A stretch of 28,317 nucleotides of DNA. Origin: Fidelibacterota bacterium (GTDB taxonomy: Bacteria > Fidelibacterota > Marinisomatia > Marinisomatales > UBA2128). The stretch covers positions 1-28,317 of the forward strand of contig JBHHUM010000025.1 of the NCBI GenBank assembly GCA_046861645.1, read 5' to 3'. This document shows positions 18,612-28,139 of this stretch, one piece after another (the first letter of the stretch is position 1; every line of letters starts with the position of its first letter). A model generated the notes under the pieces. The model was not told the DNA's origin. It saw only the letters and a list, made by a program, of their open reading frames with translations, and ran no database searches. The translations under genes were made by a program, and so were the position numbers.

Positions 18612-19154
18612 ATGAAATATTTCATCATTACATTAACAGTTACTCTCATCTTAGCAGGATGTGGAGGGCCGAAATCCAGTTCAGGTAGTACTGAAGCAGG
18701 ATCGTTTGGAGATGCACCAAAATGGTTCATGAATCCCCCCAAATCTAAGGACAAGATATATGCTGTAGGAGCTGCTAAAAAGCAAAATCCTTCTCTGGCA
18801 TTAAATGCAGCAACCCAACGGGCTCGGGATGAAATAGCCCGCTCTATAACGGTAAAAGTTCAGAATATGATGAAGGATTTTATGCAGGAATCAGGAGTTG
18901 GTGAGAATGCCCAAGCTCTGGAATTTTCCGAATCCGTTTCCAAGCAAGTAGCTAATGTATCCCTATCTGGATCAGTACGAACCAAGACAGCTACCGGAAA
19001 AGATGGTACCATCTATGTCCTGGTGGAATATCCGTTAGACGGGGTACGACAGGCCGCTTTAGACGAAGCCAAGAAACAGGAAGCCCTCTACAACGAGTTC
19101 AAAGCAAATCAGGGATTCAAAGAGTTAGAAGAAGCTATCCGCAATCTGAAGTAG
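18612..19154 (+). CDS. LPP20-family lipoprotein
   Basis: AAGGAG RBS, lipobox LAG-C, P-x-W motif (APKWFMNPP), YAVGAA, A..RARDEIARSI and GTIYVLV. Confidence 0.88.
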   Translation: MKYFIITLTVTLILAGCGGPKSSSGSTEAGSFGDAPKWFMNPPKSKDKIYAVGAAKKQNPSLALNAATQRARDEIARSITVKVQNMMKDFMQESGVGENAQALEFSESVSKQVANVSLSGSVRTKTATGKDGTIYVLVEYPLDGVRQAALDEAKKQEALYNEFKANQGFKELEEAIRNLK

Positions 19155-19172
19155 TAATCAAATCCTAAGCGA

Positions 19173-19210
19173 AGACCCTCCTGATTCAATTCAGGAGGGT
19201 CTCATTTAAT
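19173..19210 (+). terminator. Probable intrinsic terminator after the LPP20 gene
   Basis: Perfect 12-bp stem AGACCCTCCTGA / TCAGGAGGGTCT with a 6-nt loop, then CATTTAAT (weak U tract). Confidence 0.7.
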
Positions 19211-19239
19211 TACAACTGACTGATAATAAGGAGAGAATC

Positions 19240-19713
19240 ATGTACTCTAAATACCATTTTTCTTGGGATGATATTCCAGATTGGTTCACCTACCTGAAAG
19301 CACCATTAGCATTGACCGCTTTAGGATTAAACCTAATAAAGATACCTGCCGGAAAGGGTTATACTTTCATGCATCGTCATGAACATCAGGAGGAAGTCTA
19401 CATCATTCTGAGGGGGAGAGGTATAATCCATATTGAAGGAAATGATATTTCTCTAGTCGAAGGAGACATCGTTAGAGTTTCTCCAAAAGCCCTTCGTGCT
19501 GTTAAAGCCGAAGATCAAGAGTCCATTATTCTACTCTGTGCAGGCGCTGTGGAAAGTAATCTTGCACTAGATCCAAATTCCAAATATCTCTATTCTGATG
19601 GCAGACCTGATTGGGAAAATCTTCCCCCCTGGTATAAAGGCAACAAGAAAATCAAAGAGTTAAACAAACAAATTAGAGCCTCACGTGAAAAAAATATTAA
19701 GAAGCTGATTTGA
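19240..19713 (+). CDS. Cupin-domain protein
   Basis: HRHEHQEEVYIILRGRG and GDIVRVSP cupin motifs. AAGGAG RBS. Confidence 0.88.
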   Translation: MYSKYHFSWDDIPDWFTYLKAPLALTALGLNLIKIPAGKGYTFMHRHEHQEEVYIILRGRGIIHIEGNDISLVEGDIVRVSPKALRAVKAEDQESIILLCAGAVESNLALDPNSKYLYSDGRPDWENLPPWYKGNKKIKELNKQIRASREKNIKKLI

Positions 19714-19936
19714 CCTCAATCCATTGACCTATGGCCATCTCAACCTACTTGATTATAAATAATGTTGTTATTGGAGAAATTGGTCGTAAATTAACGAAAG
19801 AAGTGCGAGAAGAGTATCGGGTGAGTACAAGTTAGCGAATAAGATCCTCTCTAAGGTATCGAAATTTCCACTGTAGTTCTCCCTTTCCTTCAAGCAGTAA
19901 GTTGGCAAGTAAATAACCAAATGGAGTACCATAAAC

Positions 19937-20149
19937 ATGTCAGAACGCCAAACAGGAACAGTCAAGTGGTTTGATAGCCGTAAAGGATACGGTTTCATCA
20001 CCACGGAGAACGGCAGTGATGTATTCGTACATTACTCGTCCTTAGACGGCGAAGGCTTCCGCACGTTAGAAGAAAACGTAGCGGTAGAATTCGAAGTCGT
20101 TGACGGCGAAAAAGGTCCACAGGCTAAAGATGTAAAAGTCGTTAATTAG
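19937..20149 (+). CDS. Cold-shock protein (CspA family)
   Basis: GTVKWF, RNP1 KGYGFI, RNP2 VFVHYS and KGPQA. Confidence 0.97.
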   Translation: MSERQTGTVKWFDSRKGYGFITTENGSDVFVHYSSLDGEGFRTLEENVAVEFEVVDGEKGPQAKDVKVVN

Positions 20150-20202
20150 CAGGGCCTGCTTCTGAGAGAGAAATATTTATTTCTCAGAAACGCTTTGACT
20201 AC

Positions 20203-20236
20203 AACAAAAAAGGCACCGGAAGGCGCCTTTTTTGTT
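20203..20236. terminator. Bidirectional intrinsic terminator between csp and tRNA-Met/pepA
   Basis: AACAAAAAAGGCACC-GGAA-GGCGCCTTTTTTGTT: GC stem with A and T tracts on both sides, between convergent genes. Confidence 0.88.
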
Positions 20237-20283
20237 ATCTGCTCATTTCGCCTTAGCTAATAAATTACTTTTCAACTATCATG

Positions 20284-20357
20284 TAGCGGAGGAGGGATTC
20301 GAACCCCCGACACGCGGATTATGATTCCGCTGCTCTAACCAACTGAGCTACTCCGCC
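20284..20357 (-). tRNA. tRNA-Met (CAT), elongator type; 3' CCA not encoded
   Basis: Minus strand reads GGCGGAGTAGCTCAGTTGGTTAGAGCAGCGGAATCATAATCCGCGTGTCGGGGGTTCGAATCCCTCCTCCGCTA. Full cloverleaf with a G1-U72 pair and no initiator 3xG-C anticodon stem. Confidence 0.95.
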
Positions 20358-20378
20358 AAAAGTGCAGCGATTTTAAGC

Positions 20379-21866
20379 CTAACGCATCAGATTCAAAAGC
20401 TCAAGCGATAACCTAACTCCCACACCTGATGGTCCTGCTGGGACATAAGGACGTGATTTATCCCACCAGGCAGTACCAGCAATATCTACATGAGCCCAGG
20501 GTATATCACCTACAAATTCCTTCAGAAAGGCACCCCCGGCAATACTTCCCGACTGCATTGGGGCTCCGATATTCTTTACATCGGCAATTTTGCTTTCCAC
20601 ATCTTCACAATACTCTTCCCATAAGGGTAATTCCCAGACGCGTTCTCCAGTAGTTTCACCGGCTTCTCTTAACTTGGAAATAAGTCGCCCATCATTACCC
20701 ATAATTCCACTCGCTTTGTGACCTAAAGCTACAATAACCGCTCCGGTTAATGTTGCGAAATCCACTATATAACGAGGATTGAAGGTTTTTGCCACATACG
20801 CCAGAGCATCCGCTAACACCAACCGACCTTCTGCATCGGTATTCAGTATTTCCACTGTTTTACCGTTATAGGCTTTAACAATATCTCCTGGTTTGGTTGC
20901 ATGACCACCAGGCATATTTTCAGTGCTGGCGATAGCCATTATTACATTCTTTTTTAGACCCAGTTTACCTACGACTTTCATTACACCTAATACTGCTGCG
21001 GCCCCACACATATCAAACTTCATTTCATCCATTGCTTTAGATGGTTTCAGAGAAATCCCACCGGTATCAAAAGTGATCCCTTTGCCAATGAATGCCACCG
21101 GTTTCTGGTTTGAGCGACTACCATAATATTCTAAGAGAATAAATTTAGGTGGTTCATCTGTTCCCCTGGCGACGGCGGCAAAAGCTTTCATTCCTTTCCT
21201 GGTGAACTCCGCCCGATCCCACACTGTACATTTCATGCCAAATTCTTCAGCGATTTTCTGAGCCTCACTGGCAATGCGCGTTGGAGTAATAACATTACTC
21301 GGATGGGACCCTAAATCACGGGCAAAACAGACGGCTTCAGCGATGATCTTTCCCTTTTCCACCCCTGATTTAACTCCACCATGAACCAATACAACTGATT
21401 GCAATAAAATTTCATCTTTAGTATCAGTTTTATAATCCAAGAAATGGTAAGAACCAAGGACTAACCCTTCAGTAAATGCCTGGGTTGCAACAATGCCGGA
21501 TGCTTTCAGAACCTTTTTACCAGGAACCTCCGCAGAAAATTTTTTAGCTTTTATAGCCCTCGCTGAGGTCGCTGCCGTACCTCCCGCTTGTCGTAATTTG
21601 TCAAGGTTAAATGCCTCTCGCTTACCTAAACCGACTAAAAGAATCCTTCTGGCTGGTCCATCACTATAAAGGATCAGATTCTTATTTGCTTTTCCATCGA
21701 AATCTCCTGCTTCAAGAGCACGAGAAATAATATTACGACTGACCTCATCAACTCTAAGTTGAAAATCATTAAGTTGCTTATCTTCAAATATTCCTAAGAC
21801 CAAAAGATCATGGGTAATTGAATCCCATCTCCCAGAATAGACAGATATATCCCTCAGATAGGCCAT
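20379..21866 (-). CDS. pepA: Leucyl aminopeptidase (M17)
   Basis: GKGITFDTGGISLK, MKFDMCGAA, NTDAEGRLVLADAL, ATLTGA and WAHVDIAGT. GGAGG RBS. Confidence 0.96.
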   Translation of the reverse strand: MAYLRDISVYSGRWDSITHDLLVLGIFEDKQLNDFQLRVDEVSRNIISRALEAGDFDGKANKNLILYSDGPARRILLVGLGKREAFNLDKLRQAGGTAATSARAIKAKKFSAEVPGKKVLKASGIVATQAFTEGLVLGSYHFLDYKTDTKDEILLQSVVLVHGGVKSGVEKGKIIAEAVCFARDLGSHPSNVITPTRIASEAQKIAEEFGMKCTVWDRAEFTRKGMKAFAAVARGTDEPPKFILLEYYGSRSNQKPVAFIGKGITFDTGGISLKPSKAMDEMKFDMCGAAAVLGVMKVVGKLGLKKNVIMAIASTENMPGGHATKPGDIVKAYNGKTVEILNTDAEGRLVLADALAYVAKTFNPRYIVDFATLTGAVIVALGHKASGIMGNDGRLISKLREAGETTGERVWELPLWEEYCEDVESKIADVKNIGAPMQSGSIAGGAFLKEFVGDIPWAHVDIAGTAWWDKSRPYVPAGPSGVGVRLSLELLNLMR

Positions 21867-22030
21867 TATTTTCCTCCTTTATTGATAAAATTAGGGACAA
21901 GGAAGTTAGGTCGAATTATACAAAAGAGAAAGAAATCACTATGGTAAATAAGATTGACTATTAGAGAAACTTCTTATATATGAAAAAATACTCATTCGCT
22001 ACTGCAAATCGATAAACTTAGAAATTCCTG

Positions 22031-22059
22031 TTGACATTATCACAAGTAAAGAATAAATT
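22031..22059 (+). promoter_or_regulatory. Sigma70-type promoter
   Basis: TTGACA (22031-36), 17-nt spacer, TAAATT (22054-59), with AT-rich sequence upstream. Lies ~50 nt before the 61-aa ORF. Confidence 0.65.
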
Positions 22060-22110
22060 AATATACGCCTTTTGTATGCTTCCACAGGAAAAGACAACAG
22101 GAACTGAAAA

Positions 22111-22296
22111 ATGGAAAGAACAGAATACACCCAAGATATTGAAATATTGCCACCCCCACCGACAATAATTGTCTGCCCAGAATGCAGGATACCCTGGTCA
22201 GCAGACTACACAGATTATAGCTGGATGCGTGAACGAGATGTTCTGGTTTGTGCTTGCGGTGAAATACTCTGCGAAGTAAGTGAACTCCGCGACTGA
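22111..22296 (+). CDS. Putative zinc-ribbon microprotein (CPEC...CACG)
   Basis: 61 aa, AGGA RBS, upstream promoter, paired Cys knuckles. The stop lies 2 nt from the convergent acs stop. Confidence 0.7.
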   Translation: MERTEYTQDIEILPPPPTIIVCPECRIPWSADYTDYSWMRERDVLVCACGEILCEVSELRD

Positions 22297-22298
22297 AA

Positions 22299-24236
22299 CT
22301 ACTGACGCCCTTCCACCAATGCATCAACAACTGAGGGATCGGCCAGCGTGGAAGTATCCCCTAGATTATCCACATTACCTTCAGCAATTTTACGTAGAAT
22401 TCTCCGCATGATCTTACCAGAGCGAGTCTTAGGCAAGCCATCCGTGAACTGTATTTTATCCGGGGCAGCATGGGGACCTATTTCCGTCCGTACAGTTTGA
22501 ACAATGGCTGTATTCAATTCTCCACCTGGTTCGAGACCAGTCATCAGGGTTACAAAAGCGTAGATACCCTGTCCTTTAATATCATGAGGAAAACCGACCA
22601 CTGCCGCTTCGGCAACCCCTTCAGTCTTACCTATAGCTCCTTCCACTTCTGCTGTCCCGATACGATGACCGGAAACGTTCAGGACATCATCCACCCTTCC
22701 TGTAATCCAGTAGTAGCCATCTTCGTCTCGCTTGGCACCATCTCCAGTGAGATAGTATCCAGGATACATAGCAAAATAGGTCTGACGAAATCGTTCATGA
22801 TCACCATAGACAGTACGCATCATTCCCGGCCACGCGGCTTTGATAGCTAAAAGACCTTCTGCCGTTCCTTCTAACTCATTACCCTCCTGATCAAGTATCA
22901 CCGGTTGTACTCCAAAGAAGGGTACAGTTGCAGAACCTGGTTTGGTGGGAATTGCTCCTGGGAGAGGTGTAATCAGTATTCCGCCTGTCTCTGTCTGCCA
23001 CCAGGTGTCCACTATGGGGCATTTCTCCTTACCAATGACGGTATGGTACCACATCCACTCGGGTTCCTTAATAGGTTCACCAACGGTACCCAGTAATCGC
23101 AGGGAAGTTAGATGATGCTGCTTTGGCCATTTATCGCCTTCACGCATTAAGGCACGAAGAGCTGTAGGAGCAGTGTAGAAAAGATTGATTTTATGCTTGT
23201 CAACTATCACCCAGAAGCGACCGTAATCTGGATAAGTTGGCACTCCTTCAAACATGACAGATATTGCCCGGTTAGCCAAAGGTCCATATACAATATATGA
23301 GTGTCCTGTTACCCAACCGATATCTGCTGTACACCAATAGATGTCATCTTCATGATAGTCAAATATTAATTCATGAGAAAAAGCAGTATAAACAAGATAT
23401 CCCCCCGTGGTATGGAGCACACCTTTGGGTTTACCCGTTGAACCAGAGGTATAAAGAATAAATAGAGGGTCTTCTGCATCCATCTCTTCTGGAGGACAGT
23501 GAATATCGGTTGATTCCATTTCTTCGTGCCACCAGAGATCTCGTCCTGCTTCCATACTCACTTCCGCTCCTGTTCGTTGCACAACTATAATCCTCTCGAT
23601 AGATGGTGTATCTGAACAAGCTTTATCCGCATTGATTTTCATGGGAATATCAAGTTTTTTACCACGAACACCTGTATCCTGGGTAATTAACATTTTACAG
23701 GAAGAGTCATTAATCCTATCTCTAAGGGAATCTGCACTAAATGCACCAAAAACGATGGAGTGTACAGCTCCAATCCGGGCACACGCCAACATCGCTATAG
23801 GAAGCTGAGGTATCATCTGTAGATAAATACAAACTCGGTCTCCTTTACGAATACCGTTATTCTTTAAAACATTAGCAAATTGCTCTACTTCAGCCAACAG
23901 TTCTGCATAGGTATAAGTGCGATCCTCAGCAGGCTCGTTCCCTTCCCAAATAATTGCAGTACGATCACCAAATCCAGCTTCAACATGTCGATCAAGACAA
24001 TTGTAACTGACGTTGAGTTTACCACCCCGGAACCAGGTAATGTTAGCATCTACAAAATCATAATCTACCACTCGATCCCATTTTTTAAACCAGTGTAACC
24101 GCTCTGCCTGTCTAGCCCAAAAGCCAGCAGGATCACTGACTGACTCCTCATACATCTTCTGATACTGCTCTTGGGAACTAATATGAGCGTGTTTAGAGAA
24201 TTTACTACTTGGATAAAATTTCTTATCAATCGACAT
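22299..24236 (-). CDS. acs: Acetyl-CoA synthetase (AMP-forming)
   Basis: [47 protein letters not shown] and [11 protein letters not shown] (acetylation Lys). GGAGG RBS. Confidence 0.97.
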   Translation of the reverse strand: MSIDKKFYPSSKFSKHAHISSQEQYQKMYEESVSDPAGFWARQAERLHWFKKWDRVVDYDFVDANITWFRGGKLNVSYNCLDRHVEAGFGDRTAIIWEGNEPAEDRTYTYAELLAEVEQFANVLKNNGIRKGDRVCIYLQMIPQLPIAMLACARIGAVHSIVFGAFSADSLRDRINDSSCKMLITQDTGVRGKKLDIPMKINADKACSDTPSIERIIVVQRTGAEVSMEAGRDLWWHEEMESTDIHCPPEEMDAEDPLFILYTSGSTGKPKGVLHTTGGYLVYTAFSHELIFDYHEDDIYWCTADIGWVTGHSYIVYGPLANRAISVMFEGVPTYPDYGRFWVIVDKHKINLFYTAPTALRALMREGDKWPKQHHLTSLRLLGTVGEPIKEPEWMWYHTVIGKEKCPIVDTWWQTETGGILITPLPGAIPTKPGSATVPFFGVQPVILDQEGNELEGTAEGLLAIKAAWPGMMRTVYGDHERFRQTYFAMYPGYYLTGDGAKRDEDGYYWITGRVDDVLNVSGHRIGTAEVEGAIGKTEGVAEAAVVGFPHDIKGQGIYAFVTLMTGLEPGGELNTAIVQTVRTEIGPHAAPDKIQFTDGLPKTRSGKIMRRILRKIAEGNVDNLGDTSTLADPSVVDALVEGRQ

Positions 24237-24404
24237 GTTTACCTCCTTGAATGAATCCCCTCCTGTAAGGTTGAAAATTAGTTAAGGATAAAGTAAGAAG
24301 TAAAAAGTAAATATTTCTTCTGCTTGATAAAAAATGGATATGTTAATCATCTTTAGAATGTTGATGAATCATTCGGAAATCTTTGTAAAAAATCTTTCAG
24401 CCGA

Positions 24405-24430
24405 TCAGTGACCCTTTCGGGGTTCACTGA
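24405..24430. repeat. REP-like or terminator-like hairpin downstream of the oxoprolinase gene
   Basis: Minus strand TCAGTGAACCC-CGAA-AGGGTCACTGA forms a near-perfect stem; no U tract. Confidence 0.55.
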
Positions 24431-24476
24431 GAACTATACTCACACTTTTCAAGGATTAGTGTATTAACAACATGAT

Positions 24477-27400
24477 TTACGGTGAACCAAATCCTCCCCC
24501 TCCCGGCGTCTTGATAATAACAGTTTCTCCGGGACCGACTTTTTTCTCTACCTTTCCGCCCAAATTTACTACCTGACCATCTTTTTTCACCAGTTGATTT
24601 TTCCCTTTGGCACCTGCTTTCCCACCAGCCATTCCATACGGAGGCACTTCACGCCGCTCCGATAGAATGGTTACTTTACGCTCTTGTAGGAACTTTATCT
24701 CCCGAATGGTACCGTCTCCACCCCGAAATTTGCCCCTGCCTCCTGACCCTCGCCGGATGGAAAATCTTTCCAGTCTCAGTTCTGGAAACCGCTGCTCTAA
24801 TACTTCCGGATCAGTACCGCGGGTATTGGTCATGTGCACCTGAACTGCAGACGCACCCTGATGTCCCTCCATTGCCCCAGAACCACCAGCTATCGTCTCG
24901 TAGTACTGTTTCCCTTTATTATCTATTCTGCCAAAGAGAAAATTATTCATAGTTCCCTGGGAAGCTGCAGCGACACCCAAAGCCCCCAGCAGAACATCCA
25001 CTACACGCTGGGACGTTTCCACATTACCCCCTACAACAGCAGCTATGGGAGTGGGATTCAATAATGATCCTCTGGGAATGATGATCTCCACTGGATCGAG
25101 ACAGCCTGAATTCAGAGGAATGTCTTCATCAATGAGTGTTCGAAAGACATAGAGAACTGCCGCCTTTGTAACGGCAACTGGAGCATTCAGATTTCCAGAA
25201 AGTTGGGAACTGGTACCTGAGAAATCTACTTTAGCCCGACAGGTAGCAGGTGGATGATCTCCTTTTTCAATCTGAAACGTAACTGCAATTTTTGCACCCT
25301 CATCCAGAAAATCTTCAAAAGTTGAGATAAACTGTTTCCTTTTCCCCAGGAAACGGTGAAGAAACAAACGAACTGCTTCAGCCGCATTTTCCCTGATATA
25401 ACCCATATAGACATGGACAGTTGCGAGACCATATTTATTAACCAGGTGTTGCACCTCTCTTCTGCCGGTTCTCATGGCAGCTACTTGAGCTTTCAGATCT
25501 GAAATACGCTCTTCAATATTTCGAGCTGGAAAGGGTCCTGAACGGAGGAGCTTACGAAGTTGTTTCTCTCTGAATTTTCCCTTTCTAACCAATAAAAAAT
25601 TGTCTATGACTACCCCCTCTTCCTCCAAGGTTTGAGCAAATGGCGGCATTGAACCCGGAGTTACCCCACCAATATCCGCATGGTGACCACGTGCAGCCAA
25701 GTAAAATGTAGGTCGTCTACCCTCAGTATTGGGCACGTCTTCAGTAAAAATTGGTGCTATGACAGTTATATCAGGAAGATGAGAGCCACCTCGGTGGGGA
25801 TTGTTCATTACGTAAACATCACCTGGGAACATCCTGGCCTTATTCTCCCGAATAATCGCTTCGACCGACTCCCCCATCGCTCCCAGGTGAACTGGAATAT
25901 GAGGAGCGTTAGCCACAAGATTGCCCTCAGGATCGAAAATAGCACAGGAAAAATCAAGCCGCTCCTTGATGTTGGTGGAATGAGCCGTATTTCGCAGAGT
26001 ATAGCCCATCTGCTCCGCTACGCTCATGAACAGGTGATTAAAAACTTCAAGCATAACAGGATCCCGTCTGACACTGATTTCCTCACTGCCCGCTTTCTTC
26101 TGTTCCAGCAGAATATGACCAAATTCGTTAAGCGTTGCAGAAAATCCCGGTTCTACAACAATAGTCGTAAAATCTTCCACAACAATAGCTGGACCATCCA
26201 GCTTTATACCTGCACATAAGTCATCTCTTCTGAAAACAGGTGTTTTTATCGGTTTTGTTGAAAAATAAACCTCTGTCTTCGCAACTGGTTCAATTTCTTC
26301 CGCTCTCTCTTTCTGGATTTCATTCTCTCGCAAAACGTTCCCTTTACCCATCACATCCACATGAATATTCACAAGCTCCAGCGGTACACCGATAGGTTCA
26401 AATCCAAAGTGCTTCTGGTATGCCTTTATGAATCTCCTGTGGATATCGTCGTAGGGAACAGCAGGGATGGAAAGAAAGGTGTCCGTCCCCATTGGGCGCA
26501 AGTCAAGATAACGTTGAACAGAAATATCTTCCATGGACGTACCACAGTTCAACAACTCCATTCTCAGAGGCTGTATCATTTCATCAAACTGTCGATCCAA
26601 GGATTCTAGTAAATCTCTGTCCAATTCTTTCACGATGGAACGGGTAGCATAACGGAGATAGTCAGCCATGGCGATGCCATAGGCTGAAAGTAGTCCTGCC
26701 AGAGGATGGATAAAAATTCTGGGGATACCGAGAATGCGGGCAATTGCACAGGCGTGTTGAGGAGCGGCTCCGCCAAAACAGACCAGGGCGTGGTTCCTGA
26801 TATCGTATCCTCGCGATACGGAAATTTCCTTGATGGCTCTTGCCATTGTTTCATTAGCAATCCTGACAAAACCAAGGGCTGCTTCGATTTCAGTCATCTT
26901 TCTCGGCAGCGAGCTGTTAATGGTTGCTGTAAATTCTGAAAACTTCTGTGATGTTACCGTTTTGTTTAGGGGCTGATCTTCTGTTATACCAAAGGTCCCA
27001 GGGAAATATGCTGGCAGAATCCTGCCGAGAAGCAGGTTAGCATCCGTGAGAGCCAGTAGACCCCCTCGACCGTAGCAGACGGGACCAGGATGGGCTCCGG
27101 CTGACTCGGGACCCACACGGAGTTTTTGTCCATCGAACCAGAGAACCGAGCCCCCACCAGCTGCCACAGTATTGATATCCAGACTGGGCGCCTGAAACTG
27201 AATTCCCCCTGTCTCTACTTCAAACACCTTCTCATACATACCACCAAAGCGAGAGACATCCGTGGAAGTCCCGCCCATGTCAAAGCCGATGGATTCATCA
27301 ATCCTGTTAAGATTCGCCACAGCGGCCGTGCCAATAATGCCCCCAGCGGGACCTGAAACGATAGCATCCTTACCAGTGAAGGCGTCAGCATCCGTGATGC

Positions 27401-28139
27401 CGCCGGAACTCTGCATGAACTCCAACCGAATATTCCCGGTGAATTTCCTCACCGATTCAATGTATTTCATGAGAACAGGAGTCAAATAAGCATCTACTAC
27501 CGATGTCTGTCCCCGTCCCACAATCTTGATAAGAGGCATCACTTCATGGGAGACGGAAACCTGCCGGAAGCCCAGCTTTCTCGCCATGGAAGCCATTTGC
27601 TGCTCGTGCAGAGGATTCTTCCAAGCGTGCATGAGGACGATGGCGACTGATGAAATTCCCATCCGTCTGATGCGCAGCAGATCCGCCTCTGCCTTTTTCA
27701 TGTTCAGATACCTGATGACATTACCCTCAGCATCAATCCGTTCCTCAACTTCTTTCACACAGCGGTAAAGCTGTGCAGGCTTTCGTACATGCAGTTTAAA
27801 TAGTTCAGGCCGTGCCTGATTACCGATCTCAAGCAGGTCTCGAAACCCATTCGTGATGAAGAGGGCTACAGAAGTTCCTTTGCGTTCGAGAAGAGCATTC
27901 GTGGCGACGGTGGTGCCCATACGAATGCGGGTAACTTCTTCCTCCGGTATAGATTCTCCTCTCTGCAATCCAAGGATTCTCTGGATACCTTCAATAGCGG
28001 AATCTTCGTAGTGTGGGGATTCAGACAGCAATTTGTAAGTATGGAGATTCCCCAGGGAATCGATGCCGATGACGTCTGTGAACGTCCCACCCCGGTCTAC
28101 TGAAAATTGCCATTTGCCTTTGTTGTTAGATGATTTCAT
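24477..28139 (-). CDS. oplA: Single-chain ATP-dependent 5-oxoprolinase (hydantoinase A + B domains fused)
   Basis: DRGGTFTD, GTTVATNALLERKG, SGPAGG, DMGGTSTD, NIKERLDFSCA, HIPVHLG, GGSHLPD, SQGTMNN, YYETIAGG and TPGGGGFG. Start at ATG 28139 or TTG 28145. Confidence 0.92.
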   Translation of the reverse strand: MKSSNNKGKWQFSVDRGGTFTDVIGIDSLGNLHTYKLLSESPHYEDSAIEGIQRILGLQRGESIPEEEVTRIRMGTTVATNALLERKGTSVALFITNGFRDLLEIGNQARPELFKLHVRKPAQLYRCVKEVEERIDAEGNVIRYLNMKKAEADLLRIRRMGISSVAIVLMHAWKNPLHEQQMASMARKLGFRQVSVSHEVMPLIKIVGRGQTSVVDAYLTPVLMKYIESVRKFTGNIRLEFMQSSGGITDADAFTGKDAIVSGPAGGIIGTAAVANLNRIDESIGFDMGGTSTDVSRFGGMYEKVFEVETGGIQFQAPSLDINTVAAGGGSVLWFDGQKLRVGPESAGAHPGPVCYGRGGLLALTDANLLLGRILPAYFPGTFGITEDQPLNKTVTSQKFSEFTATINSSLPRKMTEIEAALGFVRIANETMARAIKEISVSRGYDIRNHALVCFGGAAPQHACAIARILGIPRIFIHPLAGLLSAYGIAMADYLRYATRSIVKELDRDLLESLDRQFDEMIQPLRMELLNCGTSMEDISVQRYLDLRPMGTDTFLSIPAVPYDDIHRRFIKAYQKHFGFEPIGVPLELVNIHVDVMGKGNVLRENEIQKERAEEIEPVAKTEVYFSTKPIKTPVFRRDDLCAGIKLDGPAIVVEDFTTIVVEPGFSATLNEFGHILLEQKKAGSEEISVRRDPVMLEVFNHLFMSVAEQMGYTLRNTAHSTNIKERLDFSCAIFDPEGNLVANAPHIPVHLGAMGESVEAIIRENKARMFPGDVYVMNNPHRGGSHLPDITVIAPIFTEDVPNTEGRRPTFYLAARGHHADIGGVTPGSMPPFAQTLEEEGVVIDNFLLVRKGKFREKQLRKLLRSGPFPARNIEERISDLKAQVAAMRTGRREVQHLVNKYGLATVHVYMGYIRENAAEAVRLFLHRFLGKRKQFISTFEDFLDEGAKIAVTFQIEKGDHPPATCRAKVDFSGTSSQLSGNLNAPVAVTKAAVLYVFRTLIDEDIPLNSGCLDPVEIIIPRGSLLNPTPIAAVVGGNVETSQRVVDVLLGALGVAAASQGTMNNFLFGRIDNKGKQYYETIAGGSGAMEGHQGASAVQVHMTNTRGTDPEVLEQRFPELRLERFSIRRGSGGRGKFRGGDGTIREIKFLQERKVTILSERREVPPYGMAGGKAGAKGKNQLVKKDGQVVNLGGKVEKKVGPGETVIIKTPGGGGFGSP

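Noticed and set aside
19768..20004. 78-aa minus-strand ORF
   Set aside because: Antisense to csp and its leader, with no protein features.
20284..20357. tRNA as an island attachment site, or as initiator tRNA
   Set aside because: No adjacent integrase or duplicated 3' end was seen. The G1-U72 pair and the anticodon stem do not fit fMet.
22058..22330. 90-aa minus-strand ORF
   Set aside because: The plus-strand 61-aa ORF has the promoter, RBS and Cys motif; this one overlaps acs out of frame.
24607..28090. Many 68-179-aa ORFs inside the oxoprolinase gene (and similar ones within comM, pepA, acs)
   Set aside because: Antisense or alternate-frame shadows of well-supported genes with no independent motifs.
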